In this document: positions 27,973 to 38,239 of the stretch, one piece after another
Position numbering within the stretch: the stretch's first letter is position 1
How the letters are laid out: each line of letters starts with the position of its first letter
DNA from: Fidelibacterota bacterium
GTDB taxonomy: Bacteria; Fidelibacterota; Fidelibacteria; Fidelibacterales; DSDE01
Reading direction: 5' to 3'
Assembly (NCBI GenBank): GCA_046735395.1
Contig: JBJKQR010000008.1
Span: 32,001 to 96,000 of the forward strand
DNA: 64,000 nucleotides
Position numbers and translations under genes: made by a program
Notes under the pieces: generated by a model
Databases searched by the model: none
Seen by the model: only the letters and a program-made list of their open reading frames with translations
What the model was told of the DNA's origin: nothing

Positions 27973-28479
27973 ATGGATGAAGGAAGAAAGGGCCATGTGG
28001 TTTCCGCGAAAGAGTTCGATGATTGGATTGAGGAGTACCATGATATGATTTACAGCACGATCTTCAGGATGATCTGGAACGAAGATGACGCCCTTGACCT
28101 GACGCAGGATGTATTTATGAGAGCCTACCGGAAGCGAAGCAGTTTCCGCGGCGAATCTTCACCCTCCACCTGGCTGACCCGCATCGCCCTCAATCTGACC
28201 TATAATTTTTTAAACCGGAATAAAGTGCGGCAATGGAACGACCTGCAGGAAGAAACGCTGAAGGACAATCGGGGCTCGGATGCTCCCCGGGTTTTTGACC
28301 GGCAGAATCTTGAGCTGCTGTCTCCACTGGAGCGGGCGGTGGTGGCCGCCCGGATTAATGAGGATCTGCCTTACCGTGAGATCGCACAAACGCTCGACAC
28401 GAGTGAAAACAGCGTGAAGGTGGCCTGGTCCAAGGCCGTGAAGAAATTGAGAAAGGCGGTACAGAATGACGGGATGTGA
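27973..28479 (+). CDS. ECF RNA polymerase sigma factor (start 27973 or 27997)
   Basis: DALDLTQDVF, FRGESSPSTWLTRIALN, YREIAQTL. Confidence 0.93.
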   Translation: MDEGRKGHVVSAKEFDDWIEEYHDMIYSTIFRMIWNEDDALDLTQDVFMRAYRKRSSFRGESSPSTWLTRIALNLTYNFLNRNKVRQWNDLQEETLKDNRGSDAPRVFDRQNLELLSPLERAVVAARINEDLPYREIAQTLDTSENSVKVAWSKAVKKLRKAVQNDGM

Positions 28480-28927
28480 CAGCTGGAAAGACCGGTTTTT
28501 CAGTATGACCGCAGGGCAGTGCCCGGAAGGGTTGCAGCATCTGCATGATTGCCCGGACTGTCGGCGTGAATATGAGGTGTATACGCAGCTCCGTTCTGCC
28601 CTGATGGCCGTGCCGGCGCCCCTCGATCCGCAGCGGAAATCCGCCAGTCTTGCCGCGATCCGGCGAGGAATTTTCAGACAGCGCCTGCAGCGTTTTTCCG
28701 CCTATACGGCCTCGGCGGCGGCGGTTCTTCTGCTTGTGCTCAGCCTGTCCTTTTTCGCACAGAAACCGTCACCGGCTGTCGCAGCTGATGATGACGATGA
28801 ATATCAATGGATAATTTTAAAAAGCGGCTTTTCCATGACGGCAGAGGACCTGCCTGAAACGGCAGTTCTGGACTATCTGTCCGCTGCAGGGGATGTTCCC
28901 GTGCCCGAACTGCTTGCCGCAAACTGA
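28466..28927 (+). CDS. Zinc-binding anti-sigma factor (ZAS) with one TM helix
   Basis: HLHDCPDC (HxxxCxxC); TM AAAVLLLVLSLSFF; overlaps the sigma gene. Confidence 0.82.
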   Translation: MTGCDSWKDRFFSMTAGQCPEGLQHLHDCPDCRREYEVYTQLRSALMAVPAPLDPQRKSASLAAIRRGIFRQRLQRFSAYTASAAAVLLLVLSLSFFAQKPSPAVAADDDDEYQWIILKSGFSMTAEDLPETAVLDYLSAAGDVPVPELLAAN

Positions 28928-28943
28928 ATGGAGTGAGGGGAAT

Positions 28944-29420
28944 ATGAAAAAATTGATCCTGTTTTTGATCCTGGCGAATTTCGCTGCTGCTCAGGCCCCC
29001 ATGGGGACACCTCCTGAAATGGATAATCGTGAGATTGAAACGTATCGCACCATGCGGCTCACCGAATATCTGAATCTCAGTCCCGAACAGGCGGATAAAT
29101 TTTTCCCGCGGCAGCGGCAGCATCGCGATGAGATGAGAAAACTTCATGCCCGGATGCGCGATGTCGCACACAGTCTGGACAATGAAGACGGCCTTATTCC
29201 TGAAGGTCTCAGCAGTGAGGATCTGCAGAATCTGCTGAAACAGATCCATGAACTGGAGGATCAGGAAAATGCCATGCAGAAGGCATATATAAATGAAATG
29301 CAAAGTTATCTGGAGCCTTATCAGGTTGCGCGCTACCTGAATTTTGAGCATAACTTCCGCAGGGAACTACAGAAAACCATGCGGGAAAAATGGAAATCAA
29401 TGAAAGACCAAAGGAGATAA
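28944..29420 (+). CDS. Periplasmic helical protein, Spy/CpxP-like
   Basis: Signal peptide; YLNLSPEQADKF and YLEPYQ resemble LTxxQ motifs. Confidence 0.7.
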   Translation: MKKLILFLILANFAAAQAPMGTPPEMDNREIETYRTMRLTEYLNLSPEQADKFFPRQRQHRDEMRKLHARMRDVAHSLDNEDGLIPEGLSSEDLQNLLKQIHELEDQENAMQKAYINEMQSYLEPYQVARYLNFEHNFRRELQKTMREKWKSMKDQRR

Positions 29421-29422
29421 TC

Positions 29423-29905
29423 GTGAAAAGAATAAGCCTCACATTCATACTCATACTGGCCGGAAGCCTGGCCTTTGCCCAGCCCGCACCCAAACCGGAT
29501 GGCCCCGGACCGAAGATGGACTGCGGCCGTCATCCCATGATGTCCAAACTGGACAACGCTCAGCGCGAAGCTCTGATGGATGCCCGCAAGGAACATCAGA
29601 AGGCCGTCATTCCGCTTCAGGCCGATCTGAAAGTTGCCCGCATCGAATATCGGGATCTGATTGCTTCCGGTGCCGACCGGAAACAGATCGACAGGAAGCA
29701 GGATGATATCGCGGCCATTCAGGCAAAACTTGCCAAAGAAAAGACGGATCATCTGCTGAAGGTTCGGAGTATCGTCGGCGAAGAAAACTTTAAAATGATG
29801 CAGATGGCTGCCGGAAAGAACATGAAAATGTCCTGCGGTGGCGCTGCCGACTGCAAGGCCCCCGGAAAAAAGGGGAAACGGGGCCGGCACTGGTTCAGAA
29901 AATAA
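29423..29905 (+). CDS. Periplasmic Spy/CpxP/ZraP-like protein
   Basis: GTG start with AGGAG RBS; signal peptide ending AFA; LDNAQREAL; coiled coil; Met/Gly/Cys-rich ends. Confidence 0.72.
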   Translation: MKRISLTFILILAGSLAFAQPAPKPDGPGPKMDCGRHPMMSKLDNAQREALMDARKEHQKAVIPLQADLKVARIEYRDLIASGADRKQIDRKQDDIAAIQAKLAKEKTDHLLKVRSIVGEENFKMMQMAAGKNMKMSCGGAADCKAPGKKGKRGRHWFRK

Positions 29906-29927
29906 TCGGACTCCCCTCATACCGACG

Positions 29928-29981
29928 GGTCTGCGGCCTGACCGCAGACCTGAAAAACCCGTGGCGTTGCCGCGGGTTTTT
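29928..29981 (+). terminator. Tandem hairpins, the second an intrinsic terminator
   Basis: GGTCTGCGG/CCGCAGACC stem at 29928-29950, then AAAAACCCGTGGC-gtt-GCCGCGGGTTTTT. Confidence 0.82.
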
Positions 29982-30037
29982 ATTATCCCCCGGATTTTTC
30001 TGCCCCCCTCGACATTTATAAATATTAATACAAATTT

Positions 30038-30075
30038 CTTGTATATAAATTCAAAACAATGTATTTTTATGCATG
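30038..30075 (+). promoter_or_regulatory. Tandem ARG boxes (ArgR operator)
   Basis: Cores TGTATATAAATTCA (30040-30053) and TGTATTTTTATGCA (30060-30073) fit TGnAT-w4-ATnCA; directly upstream of argR. Confidence 0.85.
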
Positions 30076-30106
30076 ATTGGTGGAAATATATACAAGGGAC
30101 AAACAA

Positions 30107-30583
30107 TTGGATAATAAAAACAAACGCCTGATGCTTATTCGTGAAGCGATTCAGACCGGGGATATCTCCTCACAGCAGCAGCTGCTGGAACAGCTGCGGG
30201 AATCCGGTTTCGAGGTTACGCAGGCAACGTTGAGCCGTGATCTGAAATATTTGAATGTGGGAAAAATTGCGGATGGAGAAAAGGGATATCAGTATATCCT
30301 GAGCGATGATTATGATTCCGCTGCAGACCGCAATGAGGATGCGGCCGTACCGGCGGATGCGTTTCTGGGCATCGAATTTTCAGGAAATCTGGGAATCATC
30401 CGGACCCTGCCGGCCTTTGCGCCGTCGATTGCCCTGACGGTGGACAGGCTGAATATCTACGGAATCATGGGGACCATTGCCGGAGATGACAATATTCTTG
30501 TTGTTCTCCGCGAAGGGATCCGGCCCCTGGATGTTCTGAATACACTGGCCCTGAAACTGCCTGAAATCAAAGACAAACTATAG
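30107..30583 (+). CDS. argR: Arginine repressor (TTG start at 30107 preferred over 30077)
   Basis: [22 protein letters not shown]. Confidence 0.95.
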   Translation: MDNKNKRLMLIREAIQTGDISSQQQLLEQLRESGFEVTQATLSRDLKYLNVGKIADGEKGYQYILSDDYDSAADRNEDAAVPADAFLGIEFSGNLGIIRTLPAFAPSIALTVDRLNIYGIMGTIAGDDNILVVLREGIRPLDVLNTLALKLPEIKDKL

Positions 30584-30593
30584 GATAAAACAG

Positions 30594-31847
30594 ATGAAAA
30601 GAGACAAAGTAATACTCGCCTACAGCGGCGGGCTGGATACCTCGGTTATATTAAAGTGGCTCACCAACAAGGGCTTTGATGTGATCGCCTATGTTGCCAA
30701 TGTGGGACAGAATGAAGATTTTGAAAAGGTGCGCGAAAAGGCCATCGCAGGCGGGGCCGTCAAAGTGTATGTGGAGGATCTGCGCGACGAACTGGTACGC
30801 GAATATATTTATCCGGCCATGCAGGGAAATGCCATTTATGAAGGACGCTACCTGCTGGGCACGTCCATTGCCCGGCCTCTCATCGCCAAGCGTCAGATAG
30901 AAATTGCTTACAGGGAAAATACGGTGTACGTGGCCCATGGCGCCACAGGCAAGGGCAACGATCAGGTCCGTTTTGAATTCGGATATTATGCGCTCATGCC
31001 GGAAGTAAAAATCATTTCACCCTGGAAGGACGCGGAATTTTTGGAGGCATTCAAAGGCCGTAACGAGCTACTTGATTATGCGGAAAAATGGAATATTCCC
31101 GTCAAGGCGTCCAAGGCCAAGCGTTACAGCGAGGATGATAATATTCTGCATATTTCCCATGAAGCCGGAATTCTGGAAGATCCGTCAGAACGTTGTCCTG
31201 AAGACGTTTACAGCATGTCCGTTTCGCCGAAGGAAGCGCCGGATACTGAAACTATCATTGACATCCATTTCAAGAATGGCGTGCCCGTCAAGGTGCAGAA
31301 TATGAATGACGGAACGGAAAAAAGCGACGCGCTGGAGCTGTTTCTGTATCTGAACGAACTGGGCGGAAAAAATGGCATCGGCCGGGTGGATATCGTGGAA
31401 AACCGCTATATCGGAATTAAGAGCCGCGGCGTGTATGAAACCCCCGGCGGTACGATTCTCTGGGCTGCTCACCGCGATCTGGAGGGCATTGCCATGGACA
31501 AGGAAGTCATGCACCTTCGCGATATGCTCATCCCGAAATTTGCCGAAATCATTTATAACGGGCTCTGGTTCTCTCCGGAAATGGATTTCATCATGTCCGC
31601 CTTCAACAAGAGCCAGGAAAATATCGACGGCTGGGTTCGCCTCTCGCTGTACAAGGGAAATGTAGAGACCATCGGCCGTTTCTCACCGGTGTCGCTTTAT
31701 GACCAGAATCTGTCCAGTATGGATATCGAAGGCGGCTATAATGCCCTCGACAGCAAAGGGTTCATTAATATCAACGGAATGCGCCTGAAGGCTCATAACG
31801 TGGTTCTGAAAAAACGTTTTCCCTATGAATGGAGAACGGAAGATTAA
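30594..31847 (+). CDS. argG: Argininosuccinate synthase
   Basis: [33 protein letters not shown]. Confidence 0.98.
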   Translation: MKRDKVILAYSGGLDTSVILKWLTNKGFDVIAYVANVGQNEDFEKVREKAIAGGAVKVYVEDLRDELVREYIYPAMQGNAIYEGRYLLGTSIARPLIAKRQIEIAYRENTVYVAHGATGKGNDQVRFEFGYYALMPEVKIISPWKDAEFLEAFKGRNELLDYAEKWNIPVKASKAKRYSEDDNILHISHEAGILEDPSERCPEDVYSMSVSPKEAPDTETIIDIHFKNGVPVKVQNMNDGTEKSDALELFLYLNELGGKNGIGRVDIVENRYIGIKSRGVYETPGGTILWAAHRDLEGIAMDKEVMHLRDMLIPKFAEIIYNGLWFSPEMDFIMSAFNKSQENIDGWVRLSLYKGNVETIGRFSPVSLYDQNLSSMDIEGGYNALDSKGFININGMRLKAHNVVLKKRFPYEWRTED

Positions 31848-31880
31848 GAAAATAGAATTTGACGGGAAGGGAAAAAGGCC

Positions 31881-33089
31881 ATGAAGCTATGGAATGAAAA
31901 AGCGGGTTTTGATGAACTGGTTGAACAGTTTACGGTCGGAGAGGATCCTGAATGGGATACGATCCTGCTGCCCTTTGACATTCAGGCGTCCATGGCCCAT
32001 TGCCGCATGCTGGCCTCGAAAGGATTTATGACATCTGCGGAGGAAAACAGCCTCCTCGAAGGCCTGAATGCACTGCTGGAGAGCTGGAAAGCCGGGGACG
32101 CGGTCATCGCCGATGGGGATGAGGACGGGCATACGGCGATCGAACGGATTCTGACGGAAAAGTACGGCGACGCCGGCCGTAAAATTCACACCGGACGCAG
32201 CCGCAACGATCAGGTGCTGACGGCGCTGAGACTGTACATGAAGGCGGAGACCCTGGCGCTGATGGCGGATCTGGACGTGTTTTCAGACCGCTTGAAATCC
32301 TTCGCGAATCAGTGGGGAGCGCTGCCGCTTCCCGGTTACACCCATACGCGGAAGGCCATGCCGTCATCCGTGGGAATGTGGACCGGTGCGCTGCTGGCCA
32401 GTCTGGACGATGACCGGGCCCTGCTGAAAACGGTCTATGGAATTCTCGATAAAAATCCGCTGGGAACCGGTGCTGGCTATGGCGTGCCCCTCGATATAGA
32501 CCGGGACATGACGACAAAGGAAATGGGTTTTGCGACGCTCCATGAAAATCCGATTCACGCACAGCTGACCCGCAGCAAATATGAAGGTCTTCTGCTGAAT
32601 GGCTGCGCGCAGGTGATGGCGGATCTGAATAAAATGGCCGCTGATCTGATTTTCTATACTCAGCCGGATCTGGGATTTTTCCGGCTTCCGGATGAATTTG
32701 TGACCGGCTCGAGCATCATGCCCCAGAAAAAGAATCCGGATGTGCTGGAACTGATTCGCGGGAAGTATCATGAAATCTTTGCCGCCGAAATGCAGGTGCG
32801 TCAGATTTCCGTGAATCTTATCTCCGGCTACCATCGGGATTTTCAGCTGACTAAGCCGGTGCTCATGAAAAGTCTGAATACCACAAAAAGCTCGGTGGAA
32901 ATCGCGAGTCACCTCTTTCAGTTTCTGGAACCGGTACCGGCGGCCTGTGAAAAGGCCATGACGCCGGAACTTTTTGCAACGGCCCGGGCCTACGAACTGG
33001 TGGCCCAGGGAATGCCTTTCCGCAATGCCTACCGCATTATTGCCGCATCCTATTCCGGCTCGGATCTGGAGGGTGCTGATGAAAAATAA
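31881..33089 (+). CDS. argH: Argininosuccinate lyase (short form, 402 aa)
   Basis: IHTGRSRNDQV, PGYTH, GSSIMPQKKNPD. Confidence 0.96.
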   Translation: MKLWNEKAGFDELVEQFTVGEDPEWDTILLPFDIQASMAHCRMLASKGFMTSAEENSLLEGLNALLESWKAGDAVIADGDEDGHTAIERILTEKYGDAGRKIHTGRSRNDQVLTALRLYMKAETLALMADLDVFSDRLKSFANQWGALPLPGYTHTRKAMPSSVGMWTGALLASLDDDRALLKTVYGILDKNPLGTGAGYGVPLDIDRDMTTKEMGFATLHENPIHAQLTRSKYEGLLLNGCAQVMADLNKMAADLIFYTQPDLGFFRLPDEFVTGSSIMPQKKNPDVLELIRGKYHEIFAAEMQVRQISVNLISGYHRDFQLTKPVLMKSLNTTKSSVEIASHLFQFLEPVPAACEKAMTPELFATARAYELVAQGMPFRNAYRIIAASYSGSDLEGADEK

Positions 33090-34122
33090 ACTTCGCGTTT
33101 CCATTCTCGGCGTGAACGGCTATACCGGCTTTGAGCTGGTTCGGATGCTGTCATCTCATTCGGATGTGGAGCTGAAACATCTGGCTGTCCGTCAGGAACC
33201 GCTGCCGAAAATTTCCGATCTCTTTCCGGCCCTGAGAGGTATCTGTGATCTGCGCTGCAGCGCCCTGAACATCCCGGACATCGCGGCGGAAAGCGACATC
33301 CTGTTTTCCGCGCTTCCCCACACCGTTTCCATGAGCTATATTCCCGAATGCCTATCGGTAAATCCCGGGCTGAAAATTATTGATCTGTCGGCGGATTACC
33401 GTCTGGAAAATGCCGCCGTGTATGAAGCGGCCTATGCTGCGAAGCATGCGGACGCGGGGCGTCTGAGCGAATTTGTGTACGGGCTTCCGGAGCATCATCG
33501 GGCCCGGATCGCCGAGGCACAGCTTGTGGCCAATCCCGGCTGTTTCCCCACGGGAATCCAGCTGGCCCTCATGCCGGCGCTGAAGCATCAGCTCATCGAT
33601 GTGAAATCCATTATCATCGACAGCAAAACCGGTGTGTCCGGCGGAGGCCGGCAACCCAGGGCGGCCTTCCATTTCCCTGAAATCAATGAAAACATGCATG
33701 CCTACAAGGTGGCGGAACATCAGCATCAGCCCGAGATCGAACAGGAGCTGAGCAGGATGGCGGAGGAAACCGTGGAGACAGTCTTTGTCCCCCACCTTAT
33801 CCCGGTGACCCGCGGTATTCTGAACACGATTTATGTGAAGCTGAAGGAAAATTCGGCCGAGGAGAATTTACGCAATATTTACGCAGAATTCTATGATAAG
33901 GAACGCTTCCTGCGCATTCTTCCCGCCGGTGAAACACCCCGGATATCAGCCGTCAACTACAGTAATTTCTGTGATGTGGCCATGAAACTGTCAGGACAGA
34001 CTCTCATCCTGATGTCGGCCATTGACAATCTGATCAAGGGGGCGGCCGGACAGGCAATTCAAAATATGAATATTATGGCAGCGCTACCGGAAACCCGTGG
34101 CCTGCTGAATCAGGAGCAATAA
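33079..34122 (+). CDS. argC: N-acetyl-gamma-glutamyl-phosphate reductase
   Basis: GVNGYTG, DLSADYR, ANPGCFPT, IDNLIKGAAGQA. Confidence 0.97.
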   Translation: MKNKLRVSILGVNGYTGFELVRMLSSHSDVELKHLAVRQEPLPKISDLFPALRGICDLRCSALNIPDIAAESDILFSALPHTVSMSYIPECLSVNPGLKIIDLSADYRLENAAVYEAAYAAKHADAGRLSEFVYGLPEHHRARIAEAQLVANPGCFPTGIQLALMPALKHQLIDVKSIIIDSKTGVSGGGRQPRAAFHFPEINENMHAYKVAEHQHQPEIEQELSRMAEETVETVFVPHLIPVTRGILNTIYVKLKENSAEENLRNIYAEFYDKERFLRILPAGETPRISAVNYSNFCDVAMKLSGQTLILMSAIDNLIKGAAGQAIQNMNIMAALPETRGLLNQEQ

Positions 34123-35330
34123 TGTTTGAGATTATAAAAATGTCCATCACAGACCCTCTTGGATACGAAGCAGCTGCCGTTCGGGCCGGCTTCAAACGGA
34201 AGCGGAAGGACCTCTGCATCGTAAAATCACAGGTGCCTGCCGTCTCTTCCGTGAAATTCACGAAAAATCTGATCAAGGCGGCACCGCTGCTGCTTGGAGC
34301 CGAAAACCTGAAAAAAACCGGAAACCGGATTCAGGCCTTTGTGGTGAATTCGGGGAATGCCAATGCCGGGACCGGACATCAGGGATATGAGAATGCAAAG
34401 GAAACGGCTGCCCATACCGCCGCTCATCTGGGGCTTGACCCGGAAATGGTTCTCGTCAGCAGCACGGGGGTTATCGGACATCAGCTGGACATGAAAAAAA
34501 TGCGTTCGGGCCTGGATCACTGTTGTGAAAATATTTCGAAAGAAGGCGGGAGTGGCTGCGCCGAGGCCATTCTGACAACCGATACGGTGGAAAAGGCTTT
34601 CGGGGGTCAACTCGAGATATCGGGGAAAACCGTTACCCTGGCCGGAATCACCAAAGGCAGCGGAATGATTGCGCCGAATATGGCCACCACCCTGGCCTTC
34701 ATCAGCAGTGACCTGAATATTTCTCAGCCCTGTCTTGATGAAATCTTTACGGAATGCGTGGAAAAAACCTATAACCGGATTACGGTTGATGGCCACATGA
34801 GCACAAACGATACGGCGCTGATCATGGCGAACGGCCTGGCTGGAAATGAAGAAATCAGGGCCGGATCGGCAGAGTATTTTCTGGTTAAGGAGGCTCTGTT
34901 ACAACTCATGACGGAGATGGCGCTTTCGGTGGTCCGGGACGGGGAAGGCGCGACAAAGTTCGTGCAGATCGATGTGACCGGGGCTGCCACGCAGGAGGAT
35001 GCCCGGATCATGGCCTTTGCCGTCGCGAATTCTGCATTGGTGAAAACGGCACTCTTCGGAATGGATGCGAACTGGGGGCGGATTCTCAGCGCAGCCGGCA
35101 TGACGACCGCGGTTTTTGATCCGAATTTCGCCCGGCTCAACGTGAACGGCCTCTGTATCTTTGAAAAAGGCGAACCTGTATTTCATGACAAACATACCAT
35201 GGCCGAGCTGCTGAAGCCCCGTGATATTCATATTCAGCTCGCCTTTTCCGCAGGAGAGGGACGTGACACCGTTTATACTTCCGACCTGTCCTATGATTAC
35301 GTAAAAATCAATGCCGAATATCATACCTGA
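34122..35330 (+). CDS. argJ: Ornithine acetyltransferase
   Basis: VNSGNANAGTG, KGSGMIAPNMAT, STNDT, DGEGATK, INAEYHT. Confidence 0.97.
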   Translation: MFEIIKMSITDPLGYEAAAVRAGFKRKRKDLCIVKSQVPAVSSVKFTKNLIKAAPLLLGAENLKKTGNRIQAFVVNSGNANAGTGHQGYENAKETAAHTAAHLGLDPEMVLVSSTGVIGHQLDMKKMRSGLDHCCENISKEGGSGCAEAILTTDTVEKAFGGQLEISGKTVTLAGITKGSGMIAPNMATTLAFISSDLNISQPCLDEIFTECVEKTYNRITVDGHMSTNDTALIMANGLAGNEEIRAGSAEYFLVKEALLQLMTEMALSVVRDGEGATKFVQIDVTGAATQEDARIMAFAVANSALVKTALFGMDANWGRILSAAGMTTAVFDPNFARLNVNGLCIFEKGEPVFHDKHTMAELLKPRDIHIQLAFSAGEGRDTVYTSDLSYDYVKINAEYHT

Positions 35331-35350
35331 TGCCGTGAAAGGATTTTTAT

Positions 35351-36223
35351 ATGGAAAAATATATCAATAAGGCCCGAATCCTCATTGAGGCCCTTCCCTA
35401 TATCCAGCTTTTCAGCGGGAAAACCATTGTTATAAAGTTCGGCGGATCCATCATGGACAGCGAAGCAAGCATGAAAGCCGTCCTTCAGGATATCGTATTC
35501 ATGAAATATGCCGGATGGAAGCCGGTGCTTGTTCATGGCGGCGGCCCGGCCATCAGTGAAGCGATGCGGGACCGGAAGCTCAAGGCCGAGTTTGTGGACG
35601 GCCTGAGGATCACGGACCGGATTACGATGGATCTGGTGGAAGATATTCTGGGAAATAAAATCAACGCTCATATTGTAAACCTCCTCGAAGCCTTTCAGAT
35701 AAAGGCCGTGGGTGTAAACGGAAAGCGTAATAAATTCATCAAGGTGGATAAAGCCCGCTCCGAGGGAAAGCCGGATGCGGATCTGGGATACGTGGGCCAT
35801 ATCCGGTCTGTAAATCCGGGGATTCTGCGGGATCTGCTGGAGGAGGGAGTCATTCCGGTGGTGGCGCCGATCGGCCTCGGTGATGACGGACAGGCCTATA
35901 ATATCAACGCGGATATTGCCGCAGGAGAGATCGCTTCGTCGCTGGGAGCGCAGAAACTGGTGTACCTGACGGATACGCCGGGAATTCTGGCTGATCCGAA
36001 GGATGAGAAGAGCCTGATTTCCACCCTGAACAAGGAACAGATGGAAGAAATGATCAAATCCGGCCGCATCAATGGCGGGATGATACCGAAAGTCAGCAGC
36101 TGTGTGAAGGCCCTTGGTTTCGGCGTCAACAAGGGACATATCATTGATGGACGCGTCGATCACAGTCTGCTGCTGGAAATATTTACCCGCAGCGGGATCG
36201 GAACGGAAATATTGAAAGACTGA
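35351..36223 (+). CDS. argB: Acetylglutamate kinase
   Basis: VIKFGGS, VHGGGP, YNINAD, GGMIPK. Confidence 0.97.
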   Translation: MEKYINKARILIEALPYIQLFSGKTIVIKFGGSIMDSEASMKAVLQDIVFMKYAGWKPVLVHGGGPAISEAMRDRKLKAEFVDGLRITDRITMDLVEDILGNKINAHIVNLLEAFQIKAVGVNGKRNKFIKVDKARSEGKPDADLGYVGHIRSVNPGILRDLLEEGVIPVVAPIGLGDDGQAYNINADIAAGEIASSLGAQKLVYLTDTPGILADPKDEKSLISTLNKEQMEEMIKSGRINGGMIPKVSSCVKALGFGVNKGHIIDGRVDHSLLLEIFTRSGIGTEILKD

Positions 36224-36257
36224 CGTCGATCAGGAAAAACGAGAAAGGCCGGGGAAA

Positions 36258-37412
36258 ATGGATAAAGTGAAATTTGATGAACATATATTGGGAACCTATC
36301 GCCGGTATCCGGTCGCGCTGGTAAAGGGCGAAAATTCCCTTGTCTGGGATGATGAGGGCCGGGAATATCTGGATATGTTTCCCGGGTTCGGTGCCGGAAA
36401 CGTGGGTCATCGGGCCCCGCAGGTTGTTGCCGCCGTCCGCGAGCAGCTGGACCGTATTCTCCATGTTCCGAATGTGTATTACAATGATGTGCAGGGGCAC
36501 CTGGCCGAAAAAATCATTGCCTCGTCCTTTCCCGGAAAAGTGTTTTTCTGTAACAGCGGGACGGAAGCCAATGAAGGAGCCATCAAATTTGCCCGGAAGC
36601 GGAATCCGGAAAAGACGGAAATCATCACGCTCATCAATTCCTTTCACGGCCGCAGTTTCGGCAGCCTGAGTGCGACGGGTCAGCCGTCACTACAGGAGGG
36701 CTTCGGTCCCATGCTGAGCGGTTTCCGCTATTGTGAGGCAAATAATGTAAAAATGTTGACGGAAATGGTTTCGGACAAAACGGCAGCCATCATGATCGAA
36801 GCGGTTCTGGGGGAAGGCGGCGTATTGCCTCTGAGTCAGGAATTCATGTCTGCCGCACAGGCGCTCTGCCATGAATATTCCTGCCTGCTTATTTTGGATG
36901 AAGTGCAGACCGGCATGGGACGGACCGGAAAAATGTATGCCTGGCAGCATTATGATGTTGTGCCGGATATTTTCTGCCTGGCAAAATCGCTCGGCGGGGG
37001 CCTGCCCATCGGCGCCTTCGTGGTGAATGATAAGGTAGAAAATGTTCTGACGCCGGGCAGTCATGGTTCCACTTTCGGCGGCAACGCGCTGGCCTGTGCC
37101 GCCGGCCTGGGCGTTTTCGATGCTCTGGATCGCGGACATCTGCTGGATGCAGCCTTGGAAAAGGGCGCCTACCTGACCTCCAAACTGAAGGATCTGGCGG
37201 CCGGATCTTCACGGATTAAGGATATCCGTGGCCTGGGCCTCATGATCGGAGTTGAACTCAGCGAACCCGGCGCGGATCTCGTGGAAAAATTCCGCGAAAA
37301 GGGCATTCTGGTCAATTGCACTCACCAGACCGTTCTGCGCATCATGCCGGCGCTGACCGTTTCCATGGAGCAGCTGCATCATTTCATCGCCGTTTTCAGC
37401 GAACTTCTCTGA
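36258..37412 (+). CDS. argD: Acetylornithine aminotransferase
   Basis: NSGTEANE, FHGRS, DEVQTGMGRTG, LAKSLGGG, HGSTFGGN. Confidence 0.95.
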   Translation: MDKVKFDEHILGTYRRYPVALVKGENSLVWDDEGREYLDMFPGFGAGNVGHRAPQVVAAVREQLDRILHVPNVYYNDVQGHLAEKIIASSFPGKVFFCNSGTEANEGAIKFARKRNPEKTEIITLINSFHGRSFGSLSATGQPSLQEGFGPMLSGFRYCEANNVKMLTEMVSDKTAAIMIEAVLGEGGVLPLSQEFMSAAQALCHEYSCLLILDEVQTGMGRTGKMYAWQHYDVVPDIFCLAKSLGGGLPIGAFVVNDKVENVLTPGSHGSTFGGNALACAAGLGVFDALDRGHLLDAALEKGAYLTSKLKDLAAGSSRIKDIRGLGLMIGVELSEPGADLVEKFREKGILVNCTHQTVLRIMPALTVSMEQLHHFIAVFSELL

Positions 37413-37443
37413 TTTAAATAATTTTAAGACTAATTAATCCTTC

Positions 37444-37490
37444 GCATCGGATCCGACACGGATAAATTCTGTGCGGAGAGGGTCTGATGC
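37444..37490. other. Long imperfect hairpin after argD
   Basis: GCATCGGATCC...GGGTCTGATGC outer stem (with G-U pairs), inner stem CACGGA-taaat-TCTGTG; no U-tract. Confidence 0.35.
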
Positions 37491-37572
37491 AATTCAGTGA
37501 CCAACCGTCGTCCCTTTGAGCAAGAGTTCATAAAAATAATTCTTGTGAAAGATAAAAAAACTCCCTATTCTG

Positions 37573-37590
37573 TGACTGACCGGTCGGTCA
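37573..37590 (+). promoter_or_regulatory. Putative TetR operator
   Basis: Near-perfect palindrome TGACTGACCGGTCGGTCA 15 nt upstream of the tetR start. Confidence 0.75.
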
Positions 37591-37605
37591 TTGTTTGGAG
37601 GATTT

Positions 37606-38238
37606 ATGGCTGCCATGCCCAAAGACCCACAGAAGGAAGAACGCATCCTGGCGGCGGCCCTGCGCGTTTTTGCCGGGAAAGGCCTTGAACGGGGAACGAT
37701 TTCCGATATTGCCGAGGAAGCCGGAATCGGCAAGGGAACCGTATATCAGTATTTTTCATCCAAGGAAGAAATTTTCAAGGCGCTCCTCGTCAATTTCTTT
37801 GAAACCCTCATCGTGGAATGGCAGGCTCTCATACAGGTTGAGGCCGATCCGGCCCGAAAGCTGGATCTGATCATCTCCGCATCCTTTGACCTTTTTGCCG
37901 AACCGCTTCCCGAATCCATGGCCCAGAATTTCCCGGTGTTGCTGGAAATTTTCAGTTATGCTGTCCGGGACCGCTACTTGGGAAGCGCCTCCCTGGATCT
38001 GGCCGGAATCCTGAGACGCATGTTTGCAACGATCGAACCGCTGCTGGCGGCCGGCATGGAGGCGGACATTTTCCGGGACGCGGATCGGGAATACCTGTCC
38101 TTTCTGTTCTTCGCATCTCTCGACGGCATTGCCATTCATTATTATCTGCAGGACGATCATTATGATTTGAATAAAATGAAGGAAACGGCCATAGAATTTT
38201 ACAGGAATGCCCTGTTGAAAAATCCGGAAGGAGTTTGA
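37606..38238 (+). CDS. TetR/AcrR family regulator
   Basis: TISDIAEEAGIGKGTVYQYFSSKEEI; GGAGG RBS. Confidence 0.95.
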   Translation: MAAMPKDPQKEERILAAALRVFAGKGLERGTISDIAEEAGIGKGTVYQYFSSKEEIFKALLVNFFETLIVEWQALIQVEADPARKLDLIISASFDLFAEPLPESMAQNFPVLLEIFSYAVRDRYLGSASLDLAGILRRMFATIEPLLAAGMEADIFRDADREYLSFLFFASLDGIAIHYYLQDDHYDLNKMKETAIEFYRNALLKNPEGV

Positions 38239-38239
38239 G

